This document shows positions 26,941 to 40,990 of a stretch of DNA of 64,000 bases, in pieces. Numbering within the stretch: the stretch's first letter is position 1; each line of letters starts with the position of its first letter. The notes beneath the pieces are model-generated. The model had not been told where the DNA came from and did no database searches. It saw only the letters and a program-made list of their open reading frames with translations. Position numbers and translations under genes: made by a program. This stretch comes from Octopus sinensis (Eukaryota): NCBI RefSeq assembly GCF_006345805.1, contig NC_043000.1, positions 43,896,001 through 43,960,000 on the forward strand. Direction: 5' to 3'.

Positions 26941-27374
26941 TATATATAGATGTGTTTATAAAATGTTTGACGGTTTAGAAAATTTTAAAAAATAATATAA
27001 TGTTGGAACGGAAGTTCACCTTAGTCCTTTGCAGACTTCGACCCCCGCTTCTGTTGCGGTTTGCCATTTTCGCTTGAGGGAGCATTGGAAACCTCAAATA
27101 ATTTTTCGCTCAAGTAGACAGTATTCCTAACAATAAATTCAAAAAATCAGTAAATTCTTGAAGCTAAAATACATTGTTATAAAAGTTGTGATTCAAATTT
27201 AACACAGCCATCTCATAGTGTATGTGTGTACGTGTGTGCACGCATGTGTGTGCGGTGCATGCGTATGTATATACTTGCGTGTGCACGTGCGTCTGTTTGT
27301 GTGTGTGTGTGTCTGTGTGTGTATGGTGTGTGTGATTGTGTGTATACATATATAAATGAATACATGCACAGGCA

Positions 27375-27500
27375 CCTTTTAGCTTTCACTTGTTCCAGTC
27401 ATTGGATTGCAGCCATATCGGGACTCACTCTTGAAAGTTTTCACTCGAAGTGATCGAATCCAATAGGTATCGTTATTCTTTGCTGAACCTCTATTTTCAC
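27375..27500 (-). mobile_element. Highly degenerate SINE 3' tail
   Basis: cttgttccagtcattggattgcagccatat resembles the reverse complement of the family A tail. Confidence 0.45.
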
Positions 27501-27539
27501 GACTGGCAAGCGGTTGGCGGAAGGAAACAATTTATGAAT

Positions 27540-27661
27540 GCACATACACACGAATATACATACATACATAAACACACACGCATGTATATGTAAAACGGTT
27601 CATCGGTTACACACACGCATACATACATACATACATACATACATACATACATACATACATA

Positions 27662-27726
<65 letters not shown>

Positions 27727-27820
27727 TATATACATACATAAATACATACACACACAGAGATACGTATACATTAATCTGTCTGTCTATCTATGTATCAATC
27801 TACATATATATATATATATG

Positions 27821-27906
<86 letters not shown>

Positions 27907-27927
27907 TATATACATATACATATATAT
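27540..27927. repeat. (TACA)n/(TA)n tracts
   Basis: Direct reading. Confidence 0.9.
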
Positions 27928-27928
27928 T

Positions 27929-28595
27929 CGAAAGAAAGTCAAATGTTATTCGCACTTTCGCCATAACATATCTATTATAGTCACACCGCTTACTGCGCAT
28001 ATATGTTAATAGCTAGTACAATTGTGGCCACGTGATCGAAGTTTGAACCTGACAACGCCATTTTTCTATTTTGCTTTGCAGTGTAAGCATGGCCACACTA
28101 CTAGCAATGTGCACCAAAGAAGAACAAGGAGCTGTGGTCAGATTTCTCTGGTCGAAACGTGTTAGGTGCTGAAATTCATCGGTGGTTTTTAGCACGATAC
28201 GGGGACCGTGCACTACCGTGTAGATGTGTGTGTAATTGGATCGAGAAAGTTAAAAGTGTACGGTATAGCATTGTGCACGAGGAGAGCACAGGGTGTCCGT
28301 CAAGCACCACCACTGACGAGAATATTCAGCGAGCTAGAGAAATAGTAATGGTAAGCCGGTTCACCATTAACATCACTCGAATCACTGCTCTTTATTTTTT
28401 TATTTTTTTTTAGTGCATTTTGCTATTGGGACGGCTATGCTTACACTGTAAAGGCAGATAAAAAATGGCGTGATGAGGCTCAAACTTCAATCATATGACC
28501 ACAATAGTTCCAAATATAGGCATGCACAGAAGACAACGTGACTAAAGTAATTATATTTTAGGGCGAAAGTGTGGATAATATATTACTTCCTCTCG
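27929..28595 (+). mobile_element. Non-autonomous mariner derivative with about 165-bp inverted repeats
   Basis: 27929-28094 is an imperfect reverse complement of 28433-28595; the interior encodes the mariner N-terminus MATLLAMCTKEEQGAVVRFLWS..AEIHR..YG..G.PSSTTTDENIQRARE. Confidence 0.85.
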
Positions 28596-29278
28596 TATAC
28601 ACATGCATATATATACATACATGTATATATATAAATACATATATAGCTAAAAACAAACAGCTTACATACATACATACATACATACATAATACATACATAC
28701 ATATATACACATGTGCGCATTCATGTAAATGGTTTGTTGAAGAAATATACTTATGTTTCAACAATTTACGTACCAATTTTAATTTTCAAGTATTCTTTTT
28801 CTTGATAGATGCCTTATATAATCTAGAAGGCAGCTCGTTCATAAATGATATTCGTAACATTTTTGGCACCTACCAAAGATGAAATAAATATCTGCCCGTT
28901 TTTGCGAAACTTAAACTTAGATCTCTATCATTAACACAGAACTGCTACCTACATAACTAGAGAGTGGGAACAATTTAGTTAATTATATCCCGACTGCGCG
29001 GGCTACATATTTCTTTCCATGGCTTTTCTTTCATTTATCAAATCGTTACACTCTATGCTTCAGCATATTCATTTTGCATACTGGCAAACGATCTTAAAAT
29101 CCTTATACCTCTTCTTTTTGTTTCTTACTCGCTCTTTTGTCTTTTTGCAAACACATGCACACATACACCCACATATACATATTAATATAATAAGCACGTA
29201 TATTTTTTGATATACCGATATCGATATGAAAATTTATTGATATTATTTGTATGCTGATATATATCTACCTACTTATCT

Positions 29279-29343
<65 letters not shown>

Positions 29344-29682
29344 TCGCTCTCTCTCTCTCTCTCTTATATATATATATATATATATATATTTCTGTCTGTC
29401 TACTTGTCTGTCTGTCTTCTGTCTGTCTCTGTCTATCTATTTATCTATCTATAGAAAGTATACGTTTATATAGATGATAGATAGATAGATAGATAGATAT
29501 ATAAATAGGTGTATATTACTGTGCCATTAATACCTGTCTTGATCCTGAGAGAATCTCTCTTCCTTTTTTCTCGTTCCTGCTTTCCATATACCCGAAAACA
29601 AAGAAAGTAAAACTACTTATCGCCCTACGGGTTCTTCGCTTTCGATGAACTTAATGATTACTGTCGACTTAAATGTACAGCA

Positions 29683-31323
29683 TTTCAGTTCTATATTTAG
29701 AGGGATTACGTAAATCATTTATATTATTTACATTTAACACGTTTCTGCTGATATTACCCTCCTGCCAACATGAGATGTCTTGGGGAAACTTAGAACCAGG
29801 TTTCTCATTCCTAAGGTATTTTTCCGTTATTATTGTTGTTGTTGCTGTTGTTATTATTATTATTTTTATTATTATTAAGGTCACTGCTTGGAATCTTGGG
29901 GTTAGTATCCCGCGCTCTTAACCACTACACCATATGCCCGTGGGCAAATATGGATTGAATTTTAGGGCTTATAAATCTAATATTTCCCTATCCTTCCGTA
30001 ATACCGGTTCTCATATGCTGCTCATATCTGTACTCGACCTGCTTGGGAGGATGTTGTGCCCTAGCATACGTGCTGCTTCTTTTAGTTTTCGTATTTTCCA
30101 GTGGGGTTCTCTGTCTATTATTTTCACTTCATCCCACAGTGGTAGGTGGTCTCCATTTTTCCATACATGATCAGCTATACCCGATTTATCAATATCTCCT
30201 CGTGTCACAGCTTTAGGAGTTTGGCTTTAGGATCAGCACCATTAAAGCCATCACTGTGGCTACGATATGTGGATGACACCTTTATGCTCTGTCTCCACCA
30301 GGAAGATGTCCAAGTGCTGTTAGATCATGTGAACTCAATAAAGCCATGCATACATTTCACAATGCAAAAAAAAGAAAAGATAATCAGCTAACATTCATGA
30401 AAGTAGTAATAACACGCACTGAGTGTGGATTCAGGACATCGGTATGCCGCAAACCGACCTTTACTGGACGATACCTCAGCTTCAATTCCCACCATCCATA
30501 CAGAGTAAAGAGAGGGATTGCTCAATGCCTAAAACATTGTGCAGAGAAAATAAGTAGCGGTCGTGATACACACCATGAAGAAATGATCAAAGCTCAATAT
30601 CAATTTGTTAAGCAATAACTACTCCAAAAATATACTGTCCACTCCAATTATGAAGAAGAGAGTCTGTCTACTCTATCTCTAAGGCCTCTCCGAAAGATAG
30701 AAAAAATATGCGGCCCATATGACATCAGGACAGTATTTAAGAGTATTAGAACACTTTGCAAATATCTCTTTCGAGTAAAACACCCAGTAGAAGAGAATAT
30801 GACCGAAGACTGCATATACTCCATCCCATGAAACTCTGGTAGGTTATACAAAGGCGAAACATGCCGCTCCCTCAAAATAAGGGTAGACGAATGTCGCAAA
30901 GCTGCGACACAAGGAGATATTGATAAATCGGGTACAGCTAATCATGTATGGAAAAATGGAGACCACCTCCCCTTGTGGGATGAAGTGAAAATAATAGACA
31001 GAGAACACCACTGGAAAATACGAAACCTAAAAGAAACAGCACGTGTGCTAGGACACAGCAACCTCCTAAGCAAACCGAGTGCAGATATGAGCAGACTATG
31101 GGAACCGGTATCAAAATTCACTTCATAATTGCCCACGCGCCTATGGCGTAGTGGTTAAGAGCGCGTGACCTGAATAATAATAGCAATAATAACAATAATA
31201 ACAACAACAACAAATGCAATAATAATAATAATAATAATGATGATGATGGTGACGATGATAATGATGATGATGATAATAATAATAAACATAAAAATAATAA
31301 TAATAATAATAATAATGATCATG

Positions 31324-31359
<36 letters not shown>

Positions 31360-31376
31360 TAATAATAATAATAATA

Positions 31377-31449
<73 letters not shown>

Positions 31450-31600
31450 TTGAAAACTACTTTAGGAATGAGAACTCTGGTTCGGAATGTCCCCGAGGTA
31501 CTTGATGATGGCTGGAGGGTATATGAACCGAAATGTTGTGTTAACAACACACAAGATGAGGACAAATATCCGTTAAATGTACATAATGTAAATAAAGTAC
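29683..31600 (+). mobile_element. 5'-truncated Penelope-like element with inverted pseudo-LTR
   Basis: The plus-strand body (about 30211-31130) has LWLRYVDDTF, RKPTFTGRYLSFNSHHP and GIY-YIG C.YSIP..Y.GETCRSLKIR. 29683-30214 is an inverted copy of the 3' part (30898-31600), including the (AAT)n tract. Confidence 0.88.
31172..31447. repeat. (AAT)n/(GAT)n expansion inside the PLE pseudo-LTR
   Basis: Direct reading; the inverted arm has a much shorter version at about 29828-29878. Confidence 0.9.
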
Positions 31601-33053
31601 TGCATTTCTTTCATCTTCATTTCGCGTGATAGCGGAACTACCATCGTATGTCTTAGTGAGATGAAGTGTGTGTTTCTAAATAAGAGTTTGAGTGTACTTG
31701 TCTCTTATATCTGCGTTCTTAAGTGAGCGGTTAAATGTTTTGAGGACACATTTACCGTAGCCCTCACTATGTTTGCATTATTCATACTATGAAACACAAA
31801 CATACTAATTCGTTGACACCGAATCACTTGTGTTTGGACGACCCATGAGCCAATTACATAAACGTCAAAGAAAGACAAAACATAAAATAGTTCATGCTGC
31901 GAAGCAAAAATGAATAAATACTTAAGAGAATTCCTTGACATATCTTTCGCAGGCCAGTAACATATTCCAGTTTTCGTCTTATTTACTGAGTATGTTCTGA
32001 CGTTTTCCTTCTTGTGATTTAAAGTTATTGATTATTGACATCAGCTTTGTCCATTCAACTCCCACGGAAGTTCATTTCAGGCAACTGTACTTTATATAGC
32101 TCAGCACACACTGGACTCGTAGTACATTACTCCTGGATTCCAAACCTTTTATCACCTATAGTGATTTACTCTATAGTTCTTGTAACATTTCTTTTGTACA
32201 TCGATTGTAAATCCCTACTCAAATACCTCACAACGGTAAGATTTTTCGGAAAACATTGTACATGCTGTGCTCCACGAAAGAAAGAACAGCACATCTCGAA
32301 CTAATAACCAAGCAACTTACAAACACACATACACACACTGTGGCTTCTCAAATAAATTCGTCCTTTATTTCTGACTATTTTAATCAATGTGTATAGTCAA
32401 AAATTTTGACATTTCTGTCACTAATATATTTTTCCTTCATATTTCACGACATCTTGTCTACGTCCCAATGGCTTGAGAATACCTAGACAGTATAATCAGT
32501 GAGTCTTCACTCGAAAATTAATTGAGTCAATTTTTTGGTTTCAGGGACTTGTTGAACGGAGCACATTGTAGACTGTTGTAGTGTTACAACAAAGCAATAA
32601 TCTGGAGGCACAATAATAGAAGAAAATAATCGGTGAAATAGAACTTCTCAGTATTGCTCTTGAATAGTTAGAATTAGAGATCTTGAAGCGATCAAATTAG
32701 CAGCATGTTGGCAAACTATGTCGCCTTTCAGTTGGTCTGAGCTGAACTTCCTCGTTAATCCAGGGTATTTAAAGTTGTGCATTGATCGTGTCAAATAATT
32801 CGTAGTCGACCAGCTCTTTTCAATCTCAACAAACTCAGATCCTTTCCTTGGAAGATGCAGATCCAGCTTGAGGAACTGCTTGCTTGTCCGGACTCTGCCA
32901 TTCGTCACTCTACTTCATATTGACGTAAATTCTCTATTCTTCACTATCCGTAACAAAAAAGTAAAGACGATTCTTTTGGTTTTCCCGATTAGCGCTTATA
33001 TACGAGCCGTATGGTGGTGATAGATGAATGCGATATACACACACATACATACA

Positions 33054-33119
<66 letters not shown>

Positions 33120-33127
33120 TATTATTA

Positions 33128-33170
<43 letters not shown>

Positions 33171-33187
33171 TTATTATTTTATTATTA

Positions 33188-33232
<45 letters not shown>

Positions 33233-33266
33233 CATAATTATTATTATTATTATTATTATTATTATC
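33054..33266. repeat. (ATT)n microsatellite
   Basis: Direct reading. Confidence 0.95.
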
Positions 33267-33696
33267 GAGTTAGAAAACAGAGCTTTAATGCATGAAAATT
33301 AATTTATTTATTAGTTAACATATTCACCTATACTTGTTTCATTCCACAAACAAAATTAAATTTTCATAATTTTGCATTTTAAGTGCCTGGTATGCAAAAT
33401 GATGAGGGTGTACAAATGGCAATAGAAGGTATACATTAAGGTACGTGTGGAATACTCAGAATATATATATATATGTTAATATATATATATACATATGTTA
33501 ATTTATATATGTGTACTAATTAATTAATAAATTAATCCGTATCCATTAGATATCTGTTTTCTACCTAGATTATAATGTTTGATATTTTACGACGTTTTAT
33601 ATAATATATTCTTCTCTTCAAAATATATTATATTAAACCAGTATATCTCTGATAAAATATCCCTATTAGAGATTTTAATATCGTCACTATAACTAT

Positions 33697-33730
<34 letters not shown>

Positions 33731-36700
33731 CAGAAAGAGAGAGAGAGAGAGAGAGAAAGAAAGAAAGAGAGAGAGACACACCCACCCACTCATATACGTG
33801 TTTAATATATATACATATATATATTTTCATATATATACATGTGGGTGTATGTGCATGTATACTTAGATCGTGCACGTTATTGTTACAGTAATTGTAGATT
33901 TAATGGCTTGGAGAATGTTGGTAACAAATAAAGGACGACCATAAACACCATGTTCTGGCTTCAATTTAACAATTCTCCGAAGCTAAATTATATTTTAGTT
34001 GTAAGGAAGGAAACTCAGCAAAATCCTTTCATTTATAAAGTCGAATGATAGTTCAAAGATCCACCTGTCTTTTCAGTTAATGCTATTCAGTGAATTGTGT
34101 TTCCTTCATAATTTACATCACGTAAGTTATATGCGGTTGGGAAGCTGTTCATATCCTGAGATAAGTTATGATATATATACGATTATCAAAACATTCCTTT
34201 ATACGAAACGATATCAATATCTGGAATCTCCTTAACGACACTGAAGACCCTCCATGTTATTGTCCTCATCATGAAGAATAGCATCAACTGCGTTAGTAGG
34301 AACATAGGATTATCAATGTTCGGGTATTTCGTAATAAATTATTTTAACATTGTATCGAGTTTCTATTTCGGTTAAGCGGGAAAAGAAATGGAGTACTATA
34401 TTTACGTGTTATTGAATTTCAAGGAATGCTATCAAAGTTTCAAAATCCACCTTTAATATTATTACATTTCCCAAATTACTAGAGTTCATACGTGCCATGC
34501 TTATATTGCTTAACTTTGATTTCATCCAGTGTTAGGCATTCGCATATAAGCCACATTTCGTTAGTAAGGTAACGTTTTGTAGTAAGATTTATAGACCAAA
34601 TCCTATTACATTAGTTATTGGCAGGTATATAATTTGAAGTATGTGACAATAAAGAACATATTTTAGTAGGTTCAGTTGTTATGAATTCAATGTAAGTGAA
34701 TAACAGCGAGGGATTACATTTAGAAAACAAGTTAATATATTCGAGCGCGTACGAAAAATAATCTAGCAAATGTATATATAAATAAAATGAGAATTCCATT
34801 TTGAAATGATGTGTGATTTAAGAGTGTAAAATATTTTAATGAATTACATACAAACAATATCAATTCTGACTTTCGTAAAAATAACGCCTACCATTACCGG
34901 TGTGTTATTGCGTAAATGGTTTCATATTATACGCTCGTAGAACTAATGTATATTTCAAATGTAACAAAATCAATAAGTTAAAATGAGCTTATAGAGAAAT
35001 ATGAGGTAAGGAGAGCTCTATTTCAACACATATAGATTTATTAATTATAGTGAAATAAGTCATATTTCCTGATTTCTACCATGAAAATCATACTTAGCTG
35101 CATTTTTGAGTGCTAACAGAAACTCGTTTTCATTTGTATCATAAAATAACACAAATGCATTCAATAAACACAGGATTTATTACATATGTTTGCATCCTTA
35201 AGTTGCTTAAGGAAAATATAAGTAGAATATGTGGCAGAAAATCATTGCTCATTGCGTATTGAACAGTCTCACAACGATGGAATACAATAGCTTATGTATG
35301 CTGGGTTTCTAAATGAAATGTCACCAGATGTGTGAACACATCACAAGGGTGTCTAAAAGCAGTGTATATAGTTACTAATCCAGTAAACTATTTGTCAATG
35401 CATATACTTGTATCGCATAGAAATGAAATTCAGTTCCGCATGTATACATAATGGTGTATTACAACCATAACTGTAGCTTGAAACAGAGCAAACCCCATGT
35501 TGAAAAACAAACGTAATTGAAGTCGTGACTAGCATATATTCATGCACCAAATTTTGGTTCCCTTTCTAAATTATCTGACGTATATTCAACTAAACAATTC
35601 TAAACCTAGTGGTATAAAATTGCAGCCAACCTCTAAGAACCTTGAAATTATATAATTTAAAGATCAATGCATTAACAACCGAAAAATAATTTGCCTAGCG
35701 CTAGCAGGTTTATATAAAGCTTCTGAAATATAAGCGAAAAATTGTGCTGAATAATGATGGATTATAAAATCTTATGCAACATTCCCTTGAATTCATGTAT
35801 AATTGACAAAGCAAAAATGAAAAGAAAATATCCTTGCTTTATATCGAGTGTAACGAAAATGCTCATCCATAAACTATGTTTTGAAAGCAATTATTATACA
35901 TTCGATATAGGAATAAAATATGCTGAGTGTTTAAAGTGTAACTAGAAGTAACATTATCTTACGCAGCAAAGGTAAACGTATTACCAACTTTGACATGTAA
36001 AACATCGTATTTTCCATAGTATACTACATATGATCACAAAATGTGCGTGGTAAATATGATTATATATTTACACACTCACATGCAAACAAACACACCAAAA
36101 ATATACTCCCTCAAACACACAAATGTGTATATATGTAAAAGTGTATATGTATATATTTATATATATATGTGTATATATATTTAGATGTATATATATTTAT
36201 ACCTAGAGGCAAACAATCGCGCGCGCACACACGCGCGCACACAAACAAGTACGCATCATCTAAAACTGGAAAATGAAATAATCTGAAAAGTATGACTGTA
36301 ATGCAAATATATATGCAGATATCCAGACACCGACATGTACATTAAAACAAAAAAATACACAATCCTACAAAATGCAGCAACAAACATTTCCTAAATATTC
36401 TATATATTATTAAAATCAACCTGCGAAGGAGTGAAGTGAAGAAAACATCCCGAATAGATTTTTATAAATATGCAGTTTAGATGAAACACACATGCAAAGC
36501 AGTATCATGCATCTATATGCAAATTTACCAACATTATTATTCGTGCAAAATAAATGAATACAACAATATCACATCTAGTGCATTGGATAGCAGATACATA
36601 TACAAAATGAGGCCTAAATACAAGCTACACTGAAACATAATTACGTAAGGTACGGAGATGATGCTTCCTCTTATGCATCTCATTCATAATGAACGTGTAT

Positions 36701-37978
36701 TGGTAACCGATATATACCTGCCATGTAAGAGGAATGTTGTCTAGCGCCTTTGAAGGAATATCTGTGCAATCACTCGACAAGTTATAAATAGTAAAAATAT
36801 TCCGGTTAATAAGATATGGTTCTCTTAAACGAATGACATTTAACACTATAAATCTATATACAATATTTAGCTTGTTTTGTGGTACTGAAGCTGACATAAC
36901 ATTAAGCTATAGCGTCCAATAGATACAAATTTAAAGGCACGTCTCTGTGTATATGTTTATGTAGTTCCGATTTAAATCTTTCTTTCATAAATATGACATA
37001 CTAAATGGAATGGAGCAATAATATGAAAAAAAATAGAAATTAGATTGTAGCAATCGTCGTTACGGCTAAATAATGATAAAAGGAACAGATCAAAGTTAGG
37101 TGCCCTCATTCTGTTGTCGGTAGTTGGCGCTTTGATGGTACTGTACTTATAGCCGTCTTTGCGATATAGCATTTCTGCTGGAAAGATGTATAAACTCTAG
37201 ACGGACTTTAATCTCTCTTATTCGGTGTGACTCTCACTGGACTGAGCTTTGACCCTGGCTCTCGAAGCAGTTGGCTCGCTTTACTCATAGCCAATACAGC
37301 TACCTTTTTATGTAGCTGGCGCATTCCTTACACTCTTCTGTTCTGGCACGAATCACATAAGATGAACCTTTATCCATTAATGCCAACTGGCGTAATCTCC
37401 TGCCAACTATCGTCCAACTAATTTTCACTACTTATGAAGCAACAACTTTTCCACACATTTTACTATTTCACATGCACTTTTTTTTAAGCACAGTTATATA
37501 AAAAAAATCTTGTTATCTAAACTTAGCCTGAATGTTATTTCGTATACCAACGTATGCGCAGCTTAACACAACGTAAACAAGAAAACTGGATTAATGTTCG
37601 ACTCCTCACTGAAATTTGCGAAGAAATGTAAGGATAGCAAATTCATTACTTTGAGAGATCATCAATACAGGTCATATTTAATTTCAAACTTGGATATAGC
37701 AAGTTACTCATTGAAGGCATTTTGTATGTTATTTGCTGATAAGTTTGTTACAATAGGCGTTAACATCCACGTTATAATTAAGATACAAGTTGACTAATAC
37801 AAGTTTTCATTTCCGTTTGAAATTGTTGATATTTAAACATTATCGTGTATTTCAACTCGAGAAACCGGTTGGAAGCATTTTCATGAAATAAAAATCCAGA
37901 AAAGTGTTGGGTATTTTTGAAGCAATTTTTTTACTTGAAACCTATTTTTGCATTTAAGTACTATTTTATCATGATGTA

Positions 37979-39235
37979 ATAGGTCATCCCATAAATAATG
38001 CAGTTTTTTCAACTGCCTGAACTAAAACTCGGAGGGGGATGGAATAAAATACTTTCGCCAACTTGCTGTAAAAGCATGTAATACTTTTAGCGTGCTACAT
38101 TCTTTGTGTATGTTTTGAAGAGTGCAGTTCGATTATAACAGGTATATTTTCAAAGCTATAATGGAAGTGACAAATGAGCATATGTGCATATTTTGAAGTA
38201 TAAGGTCAATAAAGGCAACAACAGAACAGAAACTGCGAGGAATATTAATGCACTATATGGTAATCCGAGAATAAACGAAAGCCAGTGTCAACAGTGGTTC
38301 CAGAAATTTTGAGCCGTAGACTATAGCCTAGAAGACGAGCCACATCCTGGAAGATCTGTAGAGCTCGACGAAGACAGCTTGCAAAACCTAGTGGAGCAGA
38401 ATCTCATCTTAACTGTTGAGGAACTAGCAGAGAAGTTTAGATTTGGTCATTCAACCATTCATCGACACATGCGTGCTATCGGAAAAGTCAGCAAATGGCT
38501 TCCTCACAGACTTTCAAAGTCTAATCCCGCACAGAGAGTGAACGTGTCCTCTACTTTGCAGTAACTCTTTTAGACAGAGTAGTAACGGGTGAAGAGAAAT
38601 AGGTGATTTATAAAAAAATATCAAGCACCAAAAACAGTCAGTAGCGAAAGGAGAAAGACCGGCACCCCAGGTTAAATGTCTTCACCCATGTAAAATGGTT
38701 TTTATCTGTTTGGTGGGATACAAAATGTTTAGTTCATTTTGAATTCTTAAACCCAAACTAAACGAACACTTTTCAACCCAAACTAAATAATAAGTTTCAG
38801 CGGCTTAGGTCAGCGCTAGAATGAAAACCACCATCTTCAGTTTCAAGACGAAAGGTGTTCTTCAATCAGGATAATGATGGGCCACATTCAGTGAGAAATA
38901 CACTCCAAAGGCTGGAGCAGACTGAAAGGGAAACGATGCCGAACTCACCATATTCGCCGGACATTGCCCCATCTGATTATCATTTATTCCGCAATCTTCA
39001 AAATCATTTGGAGGAAAAAAATATAAATTCTGTAGAGGAAGTCAGAACAGTAGTGGAAGAGTATTTTTCTCCACGGAGGAGTGGATTTTGTAAGCGGTGC
39101 CTTGTAAGTTTACCAGATAGGTAGAAAGCCATTGTAGAAAATGAAGGAGAGTATATTTTAGATTAAAAAAGAAGTTTGTTTATCTTAATTTTGAATGATA
39201 AAAGAATAAAAAACGGATTATTTATGCGATTATAC
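37979..39235 (+). mobile_element. Full-length (about 1.26 kb) decayed mariner element
   Basis: TIRs ..cccataaataatgcagtttttt / aaaaaacggattatttatgcg..; transposase remnants QWFQKF..DYSLEDEPHPGR, WLPHRLS, DRVVTGEEK, FNQDNDGPH, PYSPDIAPSDYHLFRNLQNHL. Confidence 0.92.
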
Positions 39236-39422
39236 TTAGAAGATAATATTTAAGATTTATGATACTTTGAAATAATAGAGTGAATAATGTTTAATTACAG
39301 TTGAATTTTTATAATATCTAGAAATGCTTACATGCGTCGTATACTCACGACCGAATTAATAATAAACTATGTTGCAACATTTGTTGTATCACGAGAAGAG
39401 CACAATTATTTCTATTTTTATC

Positions 39423-39469
<47 letters not shown>

Positions 39470-40149
39470 CGTGCGTGAGTGTGTGTGTGTGTGTGTGTGT
39501 GTGCACGAAAGCCCACATTCATATATATTAATATATATGTATATGCATATGTGTGTTTACCTATGTATGTTAGTGAGTGCGCATGCATGATTAAATATAT
39601 GTTTATGAATAATTGCAGATATGTACACAAGTGTTTGAAATAATATAATTTTTTATCTCTTCTCGTGTGCTCCTTAAAACAACTCCTGATTTATCAATAA
39701 ATTCGGATGTCGTGTGTTTGTATGTGCGTGTGTGTGAAATATACTTATCCGACAAATCTCGTCTGATATGTCCAGATCGATGCATATCTCACATGATTGA
39801 TACCTGCTTCAAAATTTACCTGAAGATGATGAATCACATGTCATGGAGTAATCAATGAATTCATCGATAATTCTACCACAACAGCTGTCGAACCTGTTAA
39901 GCCACATTTGTGTTCTCTATTCGTACACCTACGTCACACCTAGGACCAGCACTGAGTCGGATCAACGGTTTAAATTGGATTTCGTACTTACATATCTACC
40001 CTAACAACATTTTATGCCTTGATTATTTTAATCCACCTTGGACAATTTGCTATAATTTTTTGCAATCTCTCGCGTCCATAGAATTGATCTTCAGACATTC
40101 TATTAAATCCTGTAACTAATCTATCTATTTCTCTAACTCTCCCTCGCTA

Positions 40150-40242
40150 CACACACAGACATACACACACAAACACATATATACATATATATGTATGTAT
40201 ACATATATGTATATATGCATAAATACATATATATATATATAC

Positions 40243-40282
<40 letters not shown>

Positions 40283-40691
40283 GAGAGAGATAGGGACGTA
40301 TGTTTCCTTCCCTGTTGAAAAACAGATGCTTTAATGAAACATCTATAATTCACTTTTATACGACAAAAGCTGTCAGTGAGCGAGACTAACAGAGTATTTA
40401 TAAAAAATTAATGTAAGTTAATAGTGTACAAGAGTTTCGGGTTTAACTTACATATCAAATAAAAGAATTTTTAAAAATTAATTAATTCAGTTTAAATTCA
40501 TACGGCTATCTTCAGCACTATCCCTCCATATTTATGAAAAAGAAATATGAATAACTTAAAAAATATTAACTTATTCGTCCACAACCATTCGAATTTCAAG
40601 GTATAAAATTATTTCAAAGCAACAGTGAAATCAGTTAAACATCCTTATCAAGTTTCAACATGCTTCTGCTTGCTTGCAAATTAAAATATGC

Positions 40692-40737
<46 letters not shown>

Positions 40738-40772
40738 ATATATATATATATAATATATATATATATAATATA

Positions 40773-40808
<36 letters not shown>

Positions 40809-40916
40809 TGTATGTATGTATGTATGTACGTATCTATGTATGTATATCTGAATTTGCTTCTAGGCAGAGGCATGTCTAAACTTAATGAGGAAGATTAGCT
40901 TCCTTTCACTCGATTT

Positions 40917-40970
<54 letters not shown>

Positions 40971-40990
40971 AGTGTGTGTGTGTGTCTGTG
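40150..40990. repeat. Cluster of (TA)n, (TATG)n and (TG)n tracts
   Basis: Direct reading. Confidence 0.85.

Noticed and set aside
26640-26960. Recurrent single aa/tt phase shifts inside long (TA)n arrays, also near 27860, 42140, 44810, 45815, 54160 and 63260
   Set aside because: Most simply explained by slippage or consensus errors in TA repeats; no consistent periodicity
32648-32908. 86-aa ORF as a small protein
   Set aside because: Non-ATG start and no recognisable motifs; kept only as a possible UTR region
39640-40140. Possible minus-strand exon ending at a gtaagt donor near 39985
   Set aside because: The acceptor lacks a polypyrimidine tract, and the two frames I translated hit stops
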